The position numbers and the translations under genes are program-made. This document shows positions 17,185 through 25,466 of a stretch of 64,000 nucleotides of DNA, piece by piece; the stretch's first letter is position 1; every line of letters starts with the position of its first letter. This DNA is from an uncultured Clostridia bacterium (GTDB lineage Bacteria > Bacillota > Clostridia > Oscillospirales > QAKW01). The notes under the pieces are model-generated. The model worked only from the letters and a program-made list of their open reading frames with translations. It searched no databases and was not told the DNA's origin. The stretch spans positions 16,329 to 80,328 of the forward strand of contig CALXGQ010000009.1 of NCBI GenBank assembly GCA_944387895.1, read 5' to 3'.

Positions 17185-19236
17185 TTATTCAGATTTCTCC
17201 GCGATCACCTTCTGGGTAATGTTGCCGGGCGCCTCGCGATATTCCAGAAATTCAAAATGGAAGGACGCGCGGGCGTGGGTCATGCTGCGCAGATCCATGG
17301 CATAGGAATTCATCTCGCTCATTGGAACAATGGCCGTTACGACCTTATAACCTCTTGTTTCGGAAGCGTCCATGGAAAGGATCTGACCGCGGCGTTTATT
17401 GATATCGCCGATGATATCGCCCATCAGAGCGTCTGAAACATTGACCGTCAGGGTGCCGACCGGTTCCAGCAGAACGGGATTTGCCGCCTTCATGCCTTCC
17501 TTGAAGGCAATGGAAGCCGCAGTCTTGAACGCCATTTCGGAGGAATCGACAGGATGGTAGGAGCCATCCAGCAGCGTGGCCTTCAGGCCTGTGACCGGAT
17601 AACCTGCTAGAACGCCTTTTGTTATGGATTCCCGCAGTCCCTTTTCCACTGCCGGGAAAAAGTTTTTGGGAACGGCTCCGCCGAAAACAGATTCAGCGAA
17701 TTCAAACTCTCCTTCACTGAGCGGCTCAAACTCGATCCAGACATGGCCGTACTGACCATGGCCGCCGGATTGTTTTTTGTGTTTTCCTTCCACCTTGACC
17801 TTTTTCCGGATCGCCTCGCGATAGGGAACCTTGACTTCGCTAAGCTCCGCATTGACGCCGAATTTGGAAGCCAGCTTGGAGATGACCACATCCAGCTGCA
17901 GATCCCCGAACCCGGAAAGAACCATCTGCTTCGTTTCCGGATCGATGCGGAACTCCAGCGTGGGATCCTCTTCGATCATGCGGTTGATGCCCTGGGCGAT
18001 TTTTTCTTCATCGCCCTTTGCCTTGGATACAACCGCCTTGCTGTAGTTGGCCTTGGGAAAATCAATGGGCGGGAAAACAACGGAACAATCCTTATCGCAA
18101 AGTGCGTCAGAGGTTTGGGAAACGGCAAGCTTTGTAAAGACGCCGATATCCCCCGCCTGAAGCTCCGAAACCTCATTCTGCTTTTTGCCGAAGGGCATAT
18201 AGACATGGGCGATCTTTTCCGTTTCGCCGCGGGTTGTATTCATATAAACGGTGTCCTTGCGCACCGTTCCGGAATAAATTTTAAAGAACGACATTTTGCC
18301 AACAAACGGGTCTGCCACCGTTTTAAAAATACGCAGAACGACCGGGCCGTTCGGATCGCAGGGCAGCTCGGCCTCTTCCCCGTTTTTCGTCACGGAAACG
18401 CTTCCTCTGCAAAGAGGATTGGGGAAATAGTCCACCACCGACTCCAAAAGCTGATAGATCCCGCGCATTTCGGTGGGAACGCCGCAGAAAACCGGATAAA
18501 TCAGGCGCAGCGCCACGGCGTTTTTCAAGCCAACGGAAAGCTCATCCTTGGTAAATTCATCGCCGTTGAAGAATTTATCCATCAGAACGTCGTCGGTTTC
18601 CGCAATGGCTTCCAAAGCGGAATCGAAATAGGTATGAACCTTATCCTGCATATTCGCCGGAACAGGAACAACCCCTTCGCCAAACCGGTATCCTTCGTTC
18701 GTAATGACGTTGACGGTGCCGACCAGCTTCCCATTTTCTATAATCGGCAGCGTGATCGGCAGGATCTGATTGCTGCCGAATTTTGCGTGCAGCTGCTCAA
18801 CAATGCTGTAGAAATCGGAGTTTTCATCGTCCAGCCCGGAAACAAACAGAGCCCGCGGCAGCCTCCGCGCCTCCGCTTTCTGCCATGCCTTCTCTGTTCC
18901 GACCGATACCGTCGTCTTGGCAGACAAAACGATCAACGCAATATCCGAAACCTCCAGGCCGGAAATCTGATCGCCTTCATAATCATAATTCCCAGGAACG
19001 TCGATCAGATTGATTTTAGTATTTTTATATTCAAAAGAAGCCATCGAAAGCGAAATCGAGATCTTGCGTTTGATTTCTTCTGCGTCAAAATCCAGAACGG
19101 TATTTCCCTGTTCGATCTTTCCAAGCCGATCCGTTGCTTTTGCAAAATTAAGCATCGACTCAGCCAGAGTTGTTTTGCCGTTGCCCTTATGACCGATCAA
19201 ACAGACGTTGCGAATATCTTTTGCCGATTTGCTCAT
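17185..19236 (-). CDS. Elongation factor G paralog with degenerate G motifs
   Basis: 683 aa, collinear with EF-G. The P-loop GHKGNGKT is present, but DVPGN replaces DTPGH and SGLD replaces NKxD. It is not in an rpsL-rpsG-fusA-tuf context. Confidence 0.85.
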   Translation of the reverse strand: MSKSAKDIRNVCLIGHKGNGKTTLAESMLNFAKATDRLGKIEQGNTVLDFDAEEIKRKISISLSMASFEYKNTKINLIDVPGNYDYEGDQISGLEVSDIALIVLSAKTTVSVGTEKAWQKAEARRLPRALFVSGLDDENSDFYSIVEQLHAKFGSNQILPITLPIIENGKLVGTVNVITNEGYRFGEGVVPVPANMQDKVHTYFDSALEAIAETDDVLMDKFFNGDEFTKDELSVGLKNAVALRLIYPVFCGVPTEMRGIYQLLESVVDYFPNPLCRGSVSVTKNGEEAELPCDPNGPVVLRIFKTVADPFVGKMSFFKIYSGTVRKDTVYMNTTRGETEKIAHVYMPFGKKQNEVSELQAGDIGVFTKLAVSQTSDALCDKDCSVVFPPIDFPKANYSKAVVSKAKGDEEKIAQGINRMIEEDPTLEFRIDPETKQMVLSGFGDLQLDVVISKLASKFGVNAELSEVKVPYREAIRKKVKVEGKHKKQSGGHGQYGHVWIEFEPLSEGEFEFAESVFGGAVPKNFFPAVEKGLRESITKGVLAGYPVTGLKATLLDGSYHPVDSSEMAFKTAASIAFKEGMKAANPVLLEPVGTLTVNVSDALMGDIIGDINKRRGQILSMDASETRGYKVVTAIVPMSEMNSYAMDLRSMTHARASFHFEFLEYREAPGNITQKVIAEKSE

Positions 19237-19289
19237 GATAGATCTCCTTTCGCGGCTTTTCGGTAACCGCTTTAAAAATTCATAAGCAC

Positions 19290-19318
19290 ATTATACAATA
19301 TGAACAAACAAAATGCAA
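19290..19318 (-). promoter_or_regulatory. SigA-type promoter for the EF-G paralog (TTGCAT-17-TATAAT)
   Basis: Both hexamers were read on the minus strand, about 55 nt upstream of the ATG at 19236. Confidence 0.55.
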
Positions 19319-19330
19319 GTGTTTATAAAA

Positions 19331-21367
19331 TTATTTGCAAAAAGTACAAATTGCACAAATCGGAAGCAACCATATCGTTTGAAATGCCAAAATCTGAAGC
19401 GCCGCATTGGCCGAATAGCCGGTGAGGGCAATAAAAAAGATCAGAGCCAGCGATAAAACGGAATACAATACGCGAATGATCCCGTTGATCTTTAAAGCGT
19501 CCAGCAGCTTGCTCGCTCCATACAGGCAGGCGATCAGTCCGCGAAGCCCGGAGATGGAAGCGATCAGATCCGGCGATTTATCGCGCCGCTTCAAAAAAGG
19601 ACGGCATTCCGCGCCGGTCTTGACGGAAATCAGGTGAAACAGGCCGGGATAAGAGGTGGGATAAAGCTTGTCCAGCAGCGCGCGGTCAAACAGGAAATCA
19701 GCGGTAACAATACCGATGCTGACCTGTTCCTTCTCCGTCAGCCGGACCGCCAGCTCTGTTTGCGCGTTTCGCTCAAAGCTGACGATGAAAACGCCCACCG
19801 GCTGCTTCTGATAGGCCACATACACCGGAAACCGGGAATCCTTCAGATTCAGCTCCATCATGGATTGCGGAAAGGAAATATGAAACTGCTCCATCAGCTT
19901 CCTGTTTCCGACCAGGAACATTTTGCTGTGAATCAGGCAGGAATACCCCATGCCCTCGTGGTAATAAACGTCGTCGACCCGTGGCAGCGTCACGCTCTCC
20001 CGGTCGATCATTTTCATAAAAAGCGCCTTCAGCGGTGTGCCGACATTATCAAACAACGCTGCGATGTTGGTAATCAGATCGTCGATCTGCATCTCACCCA
20101 TCGCCTTAACGCCCTGAAGCAAAACGGCGTTATCGCCCAGAAACTCTTCCTCGGAAATGATCATCAGATCGGCGTCCTCCAGCTCCTTCGCCGAGCGGGC
20201 GGAGGTTAGAACACCGCCGTTTTTACGGATTTTCCTGCCGTTTTGCGCGATGGAAGCCGCATAATAATGGCGGGAGAAAAAGGGGACGGAAATTGCCAGA
20301 GCCGCCGCCGGAAATAAGAATGCATTCTCCCAGCCGGAAAGCTGCGAGATGACAACGGTAAGCACGGCAACCGCCGCCGCCAGAACAAACAGAAAGCGCT
20401 GGATCGGATAATCCCAGTCAAAATCCGAGTAACTATGCTCAATGTATTTCGCGATCAGCCCGGTGCGATGGGCATACATCACGTCGCCGCCCTCCCCCGT
20501 TTCCAGGATCAGGGCGTTGTTGGTTTCACAGGAGGGCGGAACGACCACCGACATCTTATCGCCGTTCATCGAAATCAGCTTGAAATTCCGCTTGATATTA
20601 TTGGCAATTTTTTTCTTGGCGGAAACATTAAAGAGAAGCCCGATGGCCAGCATCGGCTCCAGATTCAGGGTGCTCGGAAAAAGCTCCGGTCGCACCATAC
20701 CGCCGATCCGCACAACGATCAAAGCCGCCGCCAGAAGCGCCAGAAGGGTATCCGTATCGGCGCGGGCGTGCAGAAGGCGCGCAAGACCCTGCGCAAAAAT
20801 ACCGAAGGAAACGGCGGTGCAAAGCAAATCGATCGCCAAAAAGGCGCCTTTAAACCATATGCTGTCGGTCTGATGGGCAAAAAGAACCGGATAAAAGCCG
20901 GCAATGAAAAGATAGAGGGACGCTATGCTCAGCAAAAAGAGAACAAATGTTTTCACCGCCATTTTTCCAACGATGTTTTTCAGATCGCGGTAGATCTCGT
21001 CCCGTTCCTCTTCCGATTCAAAATCCTCAATATCCGCTTTCTCTTCTTCCGGCTCGGAGGAGGAAGGAAAAATCGGCTCTTCCCCCTCGTTATCATCTTC
21101 ATCTCCGTCGATCAGGCGCTGAATGACGGATTTTTCCTTCAGAATTTCCGCGTTTTTCCGCTCTTTCTTTACCTGTTCAAAGAGATTTTGATCGATTACG
21201 GAATTCCCTTCCGCATCGCCGGCTTTTTCCTGCCCGCCGGTTTTTTCCCGCTCTTCCAGGATGCGCCTGGAGGATTCCACCACCTGCGCCTCCTGCTGAA
21301 TCGCGTTGATTTTTTCCATGATTTCATCCAAAGCGGATTTTTGATCCTTCGGATCCAAATTTATCAC
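19331..21367 (-). CDS. P1B (heavy-metal) P-type ATPase-like membrane protein lacking catalytic signatures
   Basis: 678 aa. Architecture and local similarity to P1B-ATPases are visible (ARADTDTLLALLAAALIV, FLVGNRKLMEQ, IGIVTADF). SVPFF sits where CPC is expected and ISEEEFL where DKTGTLT is expected. The N-terminal ~135 aa is acidic. Confidence 0.7.
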   Translation of the reverse strand: MINLDPKDQKSALDEIMEKINAIQQEAQVVESSRRILEEREKTGGQEKAGDAEGNSVIDQNLFEQVKKERKNAEILKEKSVIQRLIDGDEDDNEGEEPIFPSSSEPEEEKADIEDFESEEERDEIYRDLKNIVGKMAVKTFVLFLLSIASLYLFIAGFYPVLFAHQTDSIWFKGAFLAIDLLCTAVSFGIFAQGLARLLHARADTDTLLALLAAALIVVRIGGMVRPELFPSTLNLEPMLAIGLLFNVSAKKKIANNIKRNFKLISMNGDKMSVVVPPSCETNNALILETGEGGDVMYAHRTGLIAKYIEHSYSDFDWDYPIQRFLFVLAAAVAVLTVVISQLSGWENAFLFPAAALAISVPFFSRHYYAASIAQNGRKIRKNGGVLTSARSAKELEDADLMIISEEEFLGDNAVLLQGVKAMGEMQIDDLITNIAALFDNVGTPLKALFMKMIDRESVTLPRVDDVYYHEGMGYSCLIHSKMFLVGNRKLMEQFHISFPQSMMELNLKDSRFPVYVAYQKQPVGVFIVSFERNAQTELAVRLTEKEQVSIGIVTADFLFDRALLDKLYPTSYPGLFHLISVKTGAECRPFLKRRDKSPDLIASISGLRGLIACLYGASKLLDALKINGIIRVLYSVLSLALIFFIALTGYSANAALQILAFQTIWLLPICAICTFCK

Positions 21368-21376
21368 CTCTGCTTA

Positions 21377-22135
21377 TCAACGATTTTTTGCGATTTCCTG
21401 CATGATGACCGCCGCTGCAACGGAGGCGTTCAGGCAGGAGATTTTTCCTTTCATCGGGATCCGGACAAAAAAATCGCAGTGTTCCCGCAGCAGCTTTGAG
21501 ATGCCGGATTCCTCGCTGCCGACAATCAGCGCCACGCCGCCGGAATAATCCTGCTCATAGTAGGTTTTTTCGCCGGCCATATCACAGCCGTATATCCAGA
21601 TATTTCGTTTTTTCAGCTCCTCCACCGTCTGCACGAGATTGGCCACCCGTGCAACCGGCAGATAATGCGCAGCGCCGCCACTGGCCTTGACAGCCGAAGA
21701 TGTCAGCCCGGCAGCGCGGCGCTTTGAAATAATGACGCCATGGGCGCCGAAAGCGTCGGCCGAGCGGACAATGGCGCCCAGATTATGAGGATCCGCGATC
21801 TCATCGGCGATGATGATGAAAGGCGGCTCCCCCTTTTTTTCAGCCAGATCCAGTATATCGCCAACAGAGGCATATTCCTTCGGAGCGCAGATTGCGATAA
21901 CGCCCTGATGATTTGCGCCGGGAGCCTTGCGGCTAATGGCGCCGCTATCGGTGTGGATAATAGGCACTCCCCTCTTTTTGCAGAGAGCGACGATTTTTTT
22001 ATAGGCGCCGTTTTTCGGATCTCCCGCAAGATAAACGCGATCCACAGGGGATTCCGATAAAAGAAGCTCTGTTACATTGTTTCTCCCGATCACCAGTTCC
22101 TGCCGGGTATTCTCCGTCCACTCCATTTGATTCAC
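21377..22135 (-). CDS. rlmB: TrmH/SpoU family 23S rRNA 2'-O-methyltransferase (RlmB-like)
   Basis: 252 aa with an N-terminal substrate-binding subdomain and SpoU methylase motifs (DPHNLGAIVRSA, LIVGSEESGIS, IPMKGKISCLNASVAAAV). Confidence 0.85.
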   Translation of the reverse strand: MNQMEWTENTRQELVIGRNNVTELLLSESPVDRVYLAGDPKNGAYKKIVALCKKRGVPIIHTDSGAISRKAPGANHQGVIAICAPKEYASVGDILDLAEKKGEPPFIIIADEIADPHNLGAIVRSADAFGAHGVIISKRRAAGLTSSAVKASGGAAHYLPVARVANLVQTVEELKKRNIWIYGCDMAGEKTYYEQDYSGGVALIVGSEESGISKLLREHCDFFVRIPMKGKISCLNASVAAAVIMQEIAKNR

Positions 22136-22171
22136 CTCTACGATTATTCTTCTACATTATACAACATAATA

Positions 22172-22206
22172 TAAAAAAATACCATCGAAACTGAAAAATT
22201 TCGATG
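22172..22206 (-). terminator. Intrinsic terminator after the P2-ATPase-like gene
   Basis: An 8-bp stem (catcgaaa/tttcgatg, 22183-22206) is followed by a T-run on the minus strand (plus-strand A-run 22173-22179). Confidence 0.6.
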
Positions 22207-22221
22207 ATATTTTTTACAGGT

Positions 22222-24432
22222 TCAGTAAAAAAGATCCAGCAAAAACGCGCCGATCGGCGGAAAGAGCGCCAGAATGACCGCCGGAAGCCAGGCGCCGCCC
22301 ATGAAAAGCCAGGGCAGAACCGCAGCCGCCAGCGCAACCGCCAGATAAAGAACATCCGTTCGCCGGATTTTCCGATAATGGGCGGAGGATACCAAAAAAT
22401 AAGCCGACAGCAGCACCAGAGACAGCTCAATAGAAAAAATCGCCATATCGCAGCCGACCAGCGCCCCGACAAAACCGACAGCTCCGCAGAAAATCCCCAG
22501 AACAATGCTGCGGTAATGCTGATTGCAGTTGCGCACGCTTTCCACCAGATAATAACAGGGGCAAAGCAGTAGCGGCTGGATCAGGAGACTGGGGAAAACC
22601 ATTTTTTCCGCCGGAGTATTATTCAGAAACAGGACAAAGACGGTCAGGATCAGAAAGATCCCGATCCCCAGCAGAAAATTCAGGCAGCGGCGGATTCCGC
22701 AAAACATACATTTGATCCGATAGATCACTTCCTGCGCCGCCGTATTCCGCTCCAGAACCACCATAGCCTGCTCTTTTTCTATGGGCGATGCGTCGTCGTA
22801 AACGGTAAGATGATGCCCTTTGAGGCGGGGAAGCGAATAGCTGGGTTTTTCCGGCGGCGTATCCAGCACACCGTCCATATCATAAAACCCGGCAATGGCC
22901 TCGCTCAGCGCCGCAGAATAATTACTGATCAGATATACCTGCACCGCCGCATGACGAAGCTGGCCGATCATGGAGAGGACCTCCTGCCGCACCGGAATAT
23001 CGAAAACCAGCAGGGATTCGATCTCCATCTTTCCGGAAAAATAGGAAAAATCAAGCTTACTGGGAATAAAATTCATCGCGTCGCTGGCCAAAAGATATAC
23101 CAGTTTGCCGTGGATCTCCAGCTCGCGAATCCGCTCCATCAGCGCGTCGTCGATTTTCTGTACCAGCGGCAACATTTTCTCCCAATATCCGGCCGCCACC
23201 GCGACAGATTTTCCGTTGTTGGAAAAAATACTGAAAACATTTCCCGCCGAATCCTCCTCGCGGCGGAACACCGGAAAGCTTCCGCTCAGCTTTTCATAGG
23301 TCAGATTATGGCGCTGCAGCGGAGCCTGCAAAATGTCTGTAAAGCGCCCTTCCCCCATACACAGCGCAAAGTAGGACAAATTGCTCTTTTCGCTGCCGCG
23401 GAGATCAAGAGTGCTGGAAAACACCAGATTGTTCTGCATCAGCTCGGAGGCGTCAAAATATATTTCTTTCTCCGCCTGCATGCCGTCGAACGCTTCCAGC
23501 TTTTTAATAAAAACGCCTTGTTTATAAAGCTTGGAAGCTGTGCGGTAATAAATCCATTCCATCAGGCAGGCGCCGGGATTCAGCAGAATCAGCGACGTCA
23601 TCACCGCCATGATCAGAAAAGATTCAAAATAATGATTGGTGAATATCACCGCACCCAGCAGAACAAGCGCAACCAAAATGACATAAACATAAGTCGCCAG
23701 ATGGCCGATATTGTTTTTTTGATTGTAAAAGAACGAGCGCTGGCGCGCGCCCTTGCGGCCGCCGGTTTTTTCCAGATAACAGTCGTCGTTCAGAGCGGTA
23801 ACGACGGCCAGCCCGGTGCCGGAGGTGATATAGCTTCCCCGCCACAGCATATTGGCCTGCTTTTCCGGAGGAAGATTTTTTTCCTCCAGCGGCTCGGAGA
23901 TTTTAGGCTGAGGGATCGTTGCGCCGAAAACAATTTTTTCATCGGCATACAGATCGGCGGATTCCACAATCCGCGCATCCCCATAAAGAACTGTCCCCTC
24001 CGACAGGCAGACGAGATCTCCGACCACCAGTTCCCTGGACGGGATCTCCACCCGCTCTCCCCCACGGATCACAACGGTATTTTGGGCTTCATGCAGTACC
24101 CGGTTGTTGTATGCCATTTTATAGCGATAAAGAAAAAAGCTTTCTACAAGATAGAGCACTACTGTCACGGCAAGCGCCGCGATCGTCAGATAAAGAAGCT
24201 GCCAGGATCGATTCAGGCCGGCAAAAATGATCGAAAGCGCATATGCCAGGGCGGTAATAAAATCCACATAATACAGTCTGGTGCGCTGAGATCCGGCGAA
24301 GCTACATAAAAAGCGCCTGAAAGAGTTTGAGCGGGTATTTTTTTGCGCGACATCCTCGCCGCAATAGCCCCTTTCCAGATCACAATGCAGATGTTCGGCC
24401 AGAACATCTTTTTTCATTTGATAAACTCTCAT
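22222..24432 (-). CDS. P2-type cation P-type ATPase-like membrane protein lacking catalytic signatures
   Basis: 736 aa. It has a cation-ATPase-N-like start and an A-domain-like VVIRGGERVEIPSRELVVGDLV. FGATIP sits for TGES, NPGAC for PEGL and FDASELMQNN for DKTGTLTxN. No TGD or GDGxND motif is present. Confidence 0.7.
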   Translation of the reverse strand: MRVYQMKKDVLAEHLHCDLERGYCGEDVAQKNTRSNSFRRFLCSFAGSQRTRLYYVDFITALAYALSIIFAGLNRSWQLLYLTIAALAVTVVLYLVESFFLYRYKMAYNNRVLHEAQNTVVIRGGERVEIPSRELVVGDLVCLSEGTVLYGDARIVESADLYADEKIVFGATIPQPKISEPLEEKNLPPEKQANMLWRGSYITSGTGLAVVTALNDDCYLEKTGGRKGARQRSFFYNQKNNIGHLATYVYVILVALVLLGAVIFTNHYFESFLIMAVMTSLILLNPGACLMEWIYYRTASKLYKQGVFIKKLEAFDGMQAEKEIYFDASELMQNNLVFSSTLDLRGSEKSNLSYFALCMGEGRFTDILQAPLQRHNLTYEKLSGSFPVFRREEDSAGNVFSIFSNNGKSVAVAAGYWEKMLPLVQKIDDALMERIRELEIHGKLVYLLASDAMNFIPSKLDFSYFSGKMEIESLLVFDIPVRQEVLSMIGQLRHAAVQVYLISNYSAALSEAIAGFYDMDGVLDTPPEKPSYSLPRLKGHHLTVYDDASPIEKEQAMVVLERNTAAQEVIYRIKCMFCGIRRCLNFLLGIGIFLILTVFVLFLNNTPAEKMVFPSLLIQPLLLCPCYYLVESVRNCNQHYRSIVLGIFCGAVGFVGALVGCDMAIFSIELSLVLLSAYFLVSSAHYRKIRRTDVLYLAVALAAAVLPWLFMGGAWLPAVILALFPPIGAFLLDLFY

Positions 24433-24474
24433 TTCTCATCCCCGTTAAGCAATTAAAGTTTGAAAATCATATTT

Positions 24475-24503
24475 ATTATACATTATTCCCGCTGAAATGT
24501 AAA
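24475..24503 (-). promoter_or_regulatory. SigA-type promoter for the P2-ATPase-like gene (TTTACA-17-TATAAT)
   Basis: Both hexamers were read on the minus strand, about 43 nt upstream of the ATG at 24432. Confidence 0.5.
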
Positions 24504-24558
24504 TATCTATCGGCAGATTTGGCATACTAATATCATTTCAAAAGAAAGGGATGATAAA

Positions 24559-24723
24559 ATGAAACAGACCAAAACCATGATCTTTTCGATGGTCGCCGGT
24601 GCCGCGCTGGGCGCGACGGCAAGTATGCTTGCAACGAAGAGCAAGCCTAAAAAGCGCATGACAAAAACAGCCGGGAGCGCCATCAAGGCGGTTGGCAATT
24701 TCGTCGAGCACATGAATTTCTAA
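24559..24723 (+). CDS. Small (54 aa) hypothetical protein, below the ORF-track cutoff
   Basis: The ATG is preceded by AAGAAAGGGATG (RBS-like). The product is MKQTKTMIFSMVAGAALGATASMLATKSKPKKRMTKTAGSAIKAVGNFVEHMNF. It ends about 70 nt before a strong terminator and lies in an otherwise empty intergenic gap. Confidence 0.5.
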   Translation: MKQTKTMIFSMVAGAALGATASMLATKSKPKKRMTKTAGSAIKAVGNFVEHMNF

Positions 24724-24792
24724 AGCATCGGCAGCAGACGGAATTTCAGGGTCCGCCCCTCCCTTCCGCAGCCCCGGCGCCGCGGAAAAAAC

Positions 24793-24826
24793 AAAACGCC
24801 GCATACCATTTGGTATGCGGCGTTTT
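24793..24826. terminator. Bidirectional intrinsic terminator (small ORF / plsY)
   Basis: A 15-bp perfect stem (aaaacgccgcatacc/ggtatgcggcgtttt) has a 4-nt loop and U-runs on both strands. Confidence 0.8.
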
Positions 24827-24827
24827 A

Positions 24828-25466
24828 TCAATCTTTTTTAAATTTGAATTTGCGCTCTGTTCCGTTCATAAGGCGTTTGACATTTTCCCAGTGGAGGATC
24901 AGGATCATAACGGCAAGAGCCAGCAGGCAAAGGGATACCGGCCAGCGCTCCGAAAAATCCCGGTAGGTAATAACAAGCATGGTTACCGGCCCGGAAAAAG
25001 CGCCGAGGATAGAGCCCAGGGAAACATAGCGCGTCAGCGCGATTGTGAGAACAAAGATCGTAACGCCAACAACGAAGCAGCGCCAGTCCACAACAAACAG
25101 AACCATGGCCACTACGGTGACGGCCTTGCCGCCCCGGAAGCCGAAATAGATCGGAAAAGCATGACCCATGGAGCAGCAGAAACCGCTGAACGCCACCATG
25201 GACTGCCAGTAATCCTCATTGCGGAAGATATACCGCGTCAGCAGAAGAGGGATCAGCGTTTTCAAAAAATCGCCCAGCATGGTTATAATGCCGGCCGCCG
25301 GCCCGAAGGTACGCAGCATATTGGTGGCGCCGGCGTTTCCCGATCCGGAATTACGCACGTCTTTATTGAAGATTCTTGAGATCAAAATCGAGCAGTTGAT
25401 GCTCCCGATCAAATATGAAACAATGCCGACCGCTATCACGATACAAACAAACGTGAAAACTTTCAC
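24828..25466 (-). CDS. plsY: Glycerol-3-phosphate acyltransferase PlsY
   Basis: 212-aa polytopic protein with PlsY motifs (SGNAGATN, FRGGKAV). Confidence 0.9.
   Translation of the reverse strand: MKVFTFVCIVIAVGIVSYLIGSINCSILISRIFNKDVRNSGSGNAGATNMLRTFGPAAGIITMLGDFLKTLIPLLLTRYIFRNEDYWQSMVAFSGFCCSMGHAFPIYFGFRGGKAVTVVAMVLFVVDWRCFVVGVTIFVLTIALTRYVSLGSILGAFSGPVTMLVITYRDFSERWPVSLCLLALAVMILILHWENVKRLMNGTERKFKFKKD

Noticed and set aside
22152-22572. ORFs 22152-22505 (minus strand) and 22204-22572 (plus strand) at the 3' end of the P2-ATPase-like gene.
   Set aside because: They overlap the C-terminal membrane helices of the 736-aa protein and the terminator. They have no RBS and their translations are compositionally biased.
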